Translations under genes and position numbers: made by a program
Notes under the pieces: generated by a model
What the model saw: the letters and a program-made list of their open reading frames with translations, nothing else
Told to the model about the DNA's origin: nothing
Databases searched by the model: none
In this document: piece by piece, positions 59,172-64,000 of the stretch
Position numbering within the stretch: position 1 is the first letter of the stretch
How the letters are laid out: each line of letters begins with the position of its first letter
Source: a virus
Lineage: Duplodnaviria > Caudoviricetes
Direction: 5' to 3' (one strand)
IMG/VR virus record: IMGVR_UViG_3300029288_000106
Span: 1-64,000 of that record
Length of the DNA stretch: 64,000 nt

Positions 59172-60053
59172 TTACTTTTTTCCTAATATCTTATTATAAG
59201 CATTAATATAAAATTGAACAAGATTTTTTGGGTGCCAATTTTGTAAAATCCATTCGCGGCTTTTTTGTTGATATTCTCTGAGCTTGTCTGTATTAACAAG
59301 TAGATTGTCCAGCACTGTATCAAGAACATTCAAATCAGCATAAACCCAAGCAGGATGAAAAAAGTTATTAATAACTGCTAAACCAAAACAAGACCCTTCT
59401 AATGATGTCCGATGAAATGTATTATTTATCACATCATCTACTAGAATGTCACTATTTCTCTTCTCTAGTAAATTATCTTCATAAGAAAAATTTGAAAAAA
59501 CTTTTACTATAGCTTTATCTGTAAATTTAGATAAAATTTCACATACCTCAGGTTTTCCTTTTGTTCCAATCTGATTTACTGGAAGAGAATTGGTTGGAGC
59601 AAATGCAATTATTGGCTTTTCATTTTTCTTTAACAAAGGAGTATATTCTTCAGGATTGATAAGATTTGGTAAGGTCATGAGTTTTGGATACTGTCTCATT
59701 TGTAGTGGTTGAGATATACAATAAACATATGGTGTAATTCGTGCATACCAATCAAGAGGCATTCTCTGTGGTACAGAATGAAGCTGAATAATTATTTTCT
59801 TTTTCCTTATCCATTCTTCTGGAAGTAAATTTATTTCATTATGAAAATGAATGATATCTGCTTCAGCAACTAAATTTTGTATTTGCTTATCTTCAGTATT
59901 GAAAATAATATCAGATGGAAATTTCCGGCCATCTCTATACTGAGTTCTATGAGCAATCCATCGAACTTTAAGATCAGTATAATTATTCAAACATTTGCAG
60001 ATCTCATAAGGAGCAGCGGCCAAAGCGGTTTTTGATACATGTATTATATTCAT
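59172..60053 (-). CDS. Glycosyltransferase (GT-B-like)
   Basis: ADIIHFH, IAFAPT..KG, SDILVD..SLEG. Confidence 0.7.
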   Translation of the reverse strand: MNIIHVSKTALAAAPYEICKCLNNYTDLKVRWIAHRTQYRDGRKFPSDIIFNTEDKQIQNLVAEADIIHFHNEINLLPEEWIRKKKIIIQLHSVPQRMPLDWYARITPYVYCISQPLQMRQYPKLMTLPNLINPEEYTPLLKKNEKPIIAFAPTNSLPVNQIGTKGKPEVCEILSKFTDKAIVKVFSNFSYEDNLLEKRNSDILVDDVINNTFHRTSLEGSCFGLAVINNFFHPAWVYADLNVLDTVLDNLLVNTDKLREYQQKSREWILQNWHPKNLVQFYINAYNKILGKK

Positions 60054-61783
60054 TTCTTTATAATATCCACCACGAGAGATAAAGGACGTTTTGGATTTTG
60101 AACTCTCTCATCAAAATCTGATGTTCTAGTTACCATTCCTTTTGAATAATCAATAGCTTTAATAACTGGAGTTCCATCCATCTTATAATATTGTAGGTAT
60201 TCAATTCTTGAATCAGAAAAAAGACTTTTTTGAATCAGATAATCAACACAATCAAACCTAGGAAACCATTTATGGCCTCGAGTTCCATCTGCATTTACAC
60301 CTCCTACTGGATCAAATACAACATCCCCATTCTCATTTTTTACTGATCGATTTTGATAAATATCACAACCATAATCAGGTAGAGATAATCTAAATAATCC
60401 TCCAGGCCGAAGAACTCTATATATTTCATCCATAACAGCTATTAATTTTGGATTAAAACAAATATGTTCAAAAACATCTTCGGATTGTATTGAATCTACT
60501 GAATTATCTGGTAGAGGAATTGGATCAGTAATATCATGATGAATACTTGTGCATGAACTCTCTTCTAATGTAAGTCCGATTAAATTATCATATTCTGGAA
60601 GAAGAGGAACAGTTCCAATATAAAGATGGATATCTTTTTTCTGTTTTATAGCAGACCAAGATAAAACAGGAAGTTTAGACCATGAATTTAAAGCCTCACA
60701 AATACAATTAATTTCATCGTCTGACATTTCAGGATAAAGAGGAAGGGTAAGGATTTGATTGCAAATTTTTTCAGTATTTACTAAATTATCACTTCCTTTT
60801 ATTCTATTCAAATAGCCAGATTGAAGATGAACAGGAATAGGATAATGAATAGCAACCCCAATATTGCAAGATTTTAGAAAGTCTATTAATTTACTCCTAG
60901 AATTACAGATATCTCTTACAACGCAGAGATGCCAAACGGGCTCAGAAAGAATATCCACTTTCTGAGGAAGTAATTTTTTAGGATCAAGAAATTTAGAATA
61001 TTTATAAACTATATTTCTTCTTTTTCCATTATCTTCACTTAAATAAGTAAGTTTTGCATTAAGTACAGCAGCCTGAATTTCATCCATTCGAGAATTCCAA
61101 CCAGGAAATAAACTATTTTGTTTTTCTTGCCATCCATATTGTCTTAAGCTTATTAGTTGTTTAAAAACTTCTTGATCTTTAGTAACCACAGCTCCAGCAT
61201 CACCTAAAGCACCTAAATTCTTAGTAGGATAAAAACTAAAAGCCCCGGCATCCCCAAATGATCCAACTCGTCTACCATTGTATGAAGCACCATGAGCTTG
61301 ACAACAATCTTCCACAACTTTTAAATTCAATCTTGAAGCAATAGCACAAACAGCTTCAATTTTACAGGGTTGGCCATACAAATGAACAGGAATAATTGCT
61401 TTTGTCTTAGGACTAACTGCATTTTCTATTTTATTTGGATCAATAGTAAGTGTATGTTCTTCTATATCTACAAAAACAGGAATTGCTCCAATCATTTCAA
61501 TTGCAGCAACTGTAGCTACAGAAGTATGAGATACAGTTATAACTTCATCGCCGGAACAAACTCCCACAGCTTTTAAAGCAAGGGCTAAAGCTTCTGTTCC
61601 ATTACTTACACCAACACAATAATTAGTGTTACAGTAATTTGCAAATCTTTCCTCAAATATTTTTACTTCTTCTCCCAGAATATACCAGCCACTATTCAAG
61701 ACTTTATCAATTCGAGAATTAATAATATCCCTGTACTTATCAAAACTTGCTTTTGGACAAACAACTGGAATAACTTTATCCAT
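60050..61783 (-). CDS. DegT/DnrJ/EryC1/StrS (FdtB-like) sugar aminotransferase fused to a C-terminal SAM methyltransferase domain
   Basis: SGWYILG, PVHLYG, EDCCQAHGA, SFYPTKNLGALGD; C-terminal DNSVD..VFEHI..RVLRPGG. Confidence 0.9.
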   Translation of the reverse strand: MDKVIPVVCPKASFDKYRDIINSRIDKVLNSGWYILGEEVKIFEERFANYCNTNYCVGVSNGTEALALALKAVGVCSGDEVITVSHTSVATVAAIEMIGAIPVFVDIEEHTLTIDPNKIENAVSPKTKAIIPVHLYGQPCKIEAVCAIASRLNLKVVEDCCQAHGASYNGRRVGSFGDAGAFSFYPTKNLGALGDAGAVVTKDQEVFKQLISLRQYGWQEKQNSLFPGWNSRMDEIQAAVLNAKLTYLSEDNGKRRNIVYKYSKFLDPKKLLPQKVDILSEPVWHLCVVRDICNSRSKLIDFLKSCNIGVAIHYPIPVHLQSGYLNRIKGSDNLVNTEKICNQILTLPLYPEMSDDEINCICEALNSWSKLPVLSWSAIKQKKDIHLYIGTVPLLPEYDNLIGLTLEESSCTSIHHDITDPIPLPDNSVDSIQSEDVFEHICFNPKLIAVMDEIYRVLRPGGLFRLSLPDYGCDIYQNRSVKNENGDVVFDPVGGVNADGTRGHKWFPRFDCVDYLIQKSLFSDSRIEYLQYYKMDGTPVIKAIDYSKGMVTRTSDFDERVQNPKRPLSLVVDIIKK

Positions 61784-62168
61784 TTTTATTTCCTATCATT
61801 TCTTCAAATGTCAAGTAGTCGTTAGAATCATATGAATGTGAAGCAACAACTAACAAAATTGAGTCTTCTTCAGCAAAAATTTCCTTTGTCCATACAAAAG
61901 TATCAACAAATAACGATTGTCCTCTTTCCAAGCATACCACATTATTTGATTGATTAGTTTGTTTGATTTCAATCTCAATCTTTCCACTTATACAAATATA
62001 AAACTGTTTACATAATTTATGAGCATGACCTCCTCGAGTATGTCCTTGAGGCACATTTTTTATTATGAAAATTCTCTTTGGAATAAAAGGGATATTCGAG
62101 AATTCAATTGGAATAAGATCTCCTCCTCGAATACTATCTTGCAAGATCGGAAAAGTATGTATATTCAT
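61776..62168 (-). CDS. FdtA/QdtA-family sugar 3,4-ketoisomerase (cupin)
   Basis: IPFIPKRIFII..RGGHAH..YDSNDY. Confidence 0.9.
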   Translation of the reverse strand: MNIHTFPILQDSIRGGDLIPIEFSNIPFIPKRIFIIKNVPQGHTRGGHAHKLCKQFYICISGKIEIEIKQTNQSNNVVCLERGQSLFVDTFVWTKEIFAEEDSILLVVASHSYDSNDYLTFEEMIGNKNG

Positions 62169-62183
62169 ATTATCATTCCTTAT

Positions 62184-63527
62184 CTAAACACGTTTTTGAA
62201 ACATTTCTCTCCATGTTCCTTCTAGTAGTAATACCATCTCTGTTACTTCTTGATCAGACATTGCTGAAAAATTAACTTTATATTCTCTTCCTGAATGAAA
62301 GAAAATATCATAAAAGTCTCTGTGACTCTTTATCCTATGCTTTGCAAGTATGTAATCATAAAGAGGAGAACCAGGATATGGACAAGTATAAGTACAAGCA
62401 AATTGAATTCGAGGATCTATTTTAAGAATTGTTTTCAATAGTTCAAGTGAAGCTTTTGCATCAGCTTTTGTTTCAGTCAACTGACCTACCATAATGCTTG
62501 TAGTAACAAAAATTCCTATTCGAGCTAATCTTTTAATAACACTAACAACCATTTCTGTAGTATAATTTTTTCCTATCGTTTGTAATATTCGATCTGATCC
62601 AGATTCAATACCAATACCTATAACTCTACAACCCGAATTTTTCATATCAATAAGTGTTGAATCATCCATCCTTGACAATATATCAATTCGAGAAGATACT
62701 GAATAACCTACTTTTCTATCTAAATTTTCTATTCCTTTAACAATTTGCTTTGCTCGATTTGGAGAACACAAAACTGTATCATCAGAAAAGTACAAAACAT
62801 TGCCATCAAATCTCTTCAAAGCATCTGATGCTTCTTCCATCATTATATTAACTGGCCTATAACGAGGTTTACTGTGATGGTAACAAAAATTACAATTATA
62901 TGGGCATCCTCTTCCTCCATGAACATTTATAACTCTATCTGCTTCATCCCAATGCCATTGAGTATTTCTATAGTATTTTCCAATTGGTAACCATTTTTCA
63001 GCTGGAAACAAATCATACTGAACAGGCGGAAGTTTAGTAAGATCTTCAATATAATCTCCCACTCCTGTATTTGTAAATTTATTTCCTTCTTTTATTACAA
63101 GTCCTTTAATATCAAATATACTGTTATTTCTGCGTAAAGCTTTTACAATTCGATCAAGAGTAATTTCTCCTTCGCCAATCACTCCTATATCAGCACCTGT
63201 AATTTCAATAGCAAATTCAGGAATAGGTGAAACCATCTGGCCACCAACAATAATTGGAAAATCTCTTCCTGCCTTATTCAACATTTCAATCATTTCTCTA
63301 TTTTGTTTCAACTCAGGATATAAACTTCCAAATCCAACAACAAGGGGTTTTAATAACATAATCTGATTAACTATATTTTGTAAATTACCTTCTTTAAAGA
63401 ATACTCTTACATCTTCTCCTTGTGCTATTAGATAACTAGCTAAATAAGGATAAGATAAAGGAAAAGTATAAGTAATATCACAAGATACTAAAACAACTGG
63501 TCCATTTTTGTTTTTGCTTACAATCAT
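62184..63527 (-). CDS. Cobalamin-binding radical SAM protein
   Basis: IIVGG..GEGE B12 domain; GRGCPYNCNFC; GIESGS. Confidence 0.9.
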   Translation of the reverse strand: MIVSKNKNGPVVLVSCDITYTFPLSYPYLASYLIAQGEDVRVFFKEGNLQNIVNQIMLLKPLVVGFGSLYPELKQNREMIEMLNKAGRDFPIIVGGQMVSPIPEFAIEITGADIGVIGEGEITLDRIVKALRRNNSIFDIKGLVIKEGNKFTNTGVGDYIEDLTKLPPVQYDLFPAEKWLPIGKYYRNTQWHWDEADRVINVHGGRGCPYNCNFCYHHSKPRYRPVNIMMEEASDALKRFDGNVLYFSDDTVLCSPNRAKQIVKGIENLDRKVGYSVSSRIDILSRMDDSTLIDMKNSGCRVIGIGIESGSDRILQTIGKNYTTEMVVSVIKRLARIGIFVTTSIMVGQLTETKADAKASLELLKTILKIDPRIQFACTYTCPYPGSPLYDYILAKHRIKSHRDFYDIFFHSGREYKVNFSAMSDQEVTEMVLLLEGTWREMFQKRV

Positions 63528-63530
63528 ATT

Positions 63531-64000
63531 TTAAACTTTCTTAAACAGATACGAGGCGTGGTATTCATCATTTTTTACATCTACTACATATTCTACTTTA
63601 TCTACTAATTCAAGTTTATTCAATTTAAACATCTCAAGCAGCTCGTTTTCATTATAATGAATTTCAAAAACCGGAACTTCATAAGCAAGCTTCTTTAAAT
63701 ATTGAGTAGGTTTAGATTTACAAGCTATTGATCTATGTAATATTACATATTGTTTTGATACTCTAGTTGCTTCAGAAATATGCTGAAGTGCATTAGAAAC
63801 ATGAATAAGTATACTTCCTAGAATAACAAAATCAAATTCATTATCGGAAAATGGAAGATTTGCTCCGTCAGCAACAATAAAATTAGCAGTTGAATAATAT
63901 TCTTTAGCTTTTTGAATCATTGCTTCTGAATAATCTACACCGGTATATTTAAGCTTTGTTTGAAAAAGTATAGATAATACCTCATAGTAATATCCAGTAG
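63531..64000 (-). CDS. Class I SAM-dependent methyltransferase (partial, extends beyond window end)
   Basis: Frame open to the edge: TGYYYEVL..YTGVDYSEAMI..LPFSDNEFD. Confidence 0.85.
   Translation of the reverse strand, partial: TGYYYEVLSILFQTKLKYTGVDYSEAMIQKAKEYYSTANFIVADGANLPFSDNEFDFVILGSILIHVSNALQHISEATRVSKQYVILHRSIACKSKPTQYLKKLAYEVPVFEIHYNENELLEMFKLNKLELVDKVEYVVDVKNDEYHASYLFKKV

Noticed and set aside
1206-62225. Short opposite-strand or nested ORFs in the track (e.g. 5027-5545, 6759-7163, 18596-18919, 40137-40507, 44031-44309)
   Set aside because: They overlap well-supported genes and have no motifs; treated as shadow ORFs.
1-64000. Stop-codon reassignment
   Set aside because: Conserved genes are full length in code 11, and TAA, TAG and TGA all end genes at sensible positions.
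1-64000. Integrase, attachment site or tail genes
   Set aside because: None recognisable in this window; lifestyle and tail type cannot be called.

Overview
AT-rich segment of a large tailed bacteriophage genome (standard genetic code, AGGAG-type RBS, sigma70-like promoters). It has three transcriptional blocks. (1) 1-39851, minus strand: a T4-like head/packaging module (gp23-like major capsid, gp21-like protease fused to a long scaffold, acidic internal proteins, gp20-like portal, intein-containing large terminase, GroES-like chaperonin), followed by recombination/replication genes (split SbcC plus SbcD, RuvC, RecA, SSB, clamp loader, UDG-PolA fusion, beta clamp). (2) 39986-59026, plus strand: a lambda-O-like initiator with internal iterons, DnaB, SF2 helicase, primase, early accessory genes and a tRNA-like RNA. 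(3) 59172-64000, minus strand: amino-sugar, methylation and glycosyltransferase genes. A complete preQ1 (7-deazaguanine) pathway is scattered across the window (folE, queD, queE, queC, queF, dpdA-like). Best candidate for a new system: dpdA sits directly downstream of a DUF2156/Fem-like aminoacyl-tRNA transferase and a YkgJ/FliB-like Cys-cluster protein, and the phage encodes a tRNA-like RNA with alanine identity elements (G3:U70, A73) but a collapsed 6-nt anticodon loop. Together these suggest tRNA-dependent aminoacylation (possibly alanylation) of preQ1 in DNA. Second candidate: head proteins built from cargo modules bracketed by duplicated, protease-site-like linker DNA. All family assignments are from motif recognition by eye; no database searches were run.
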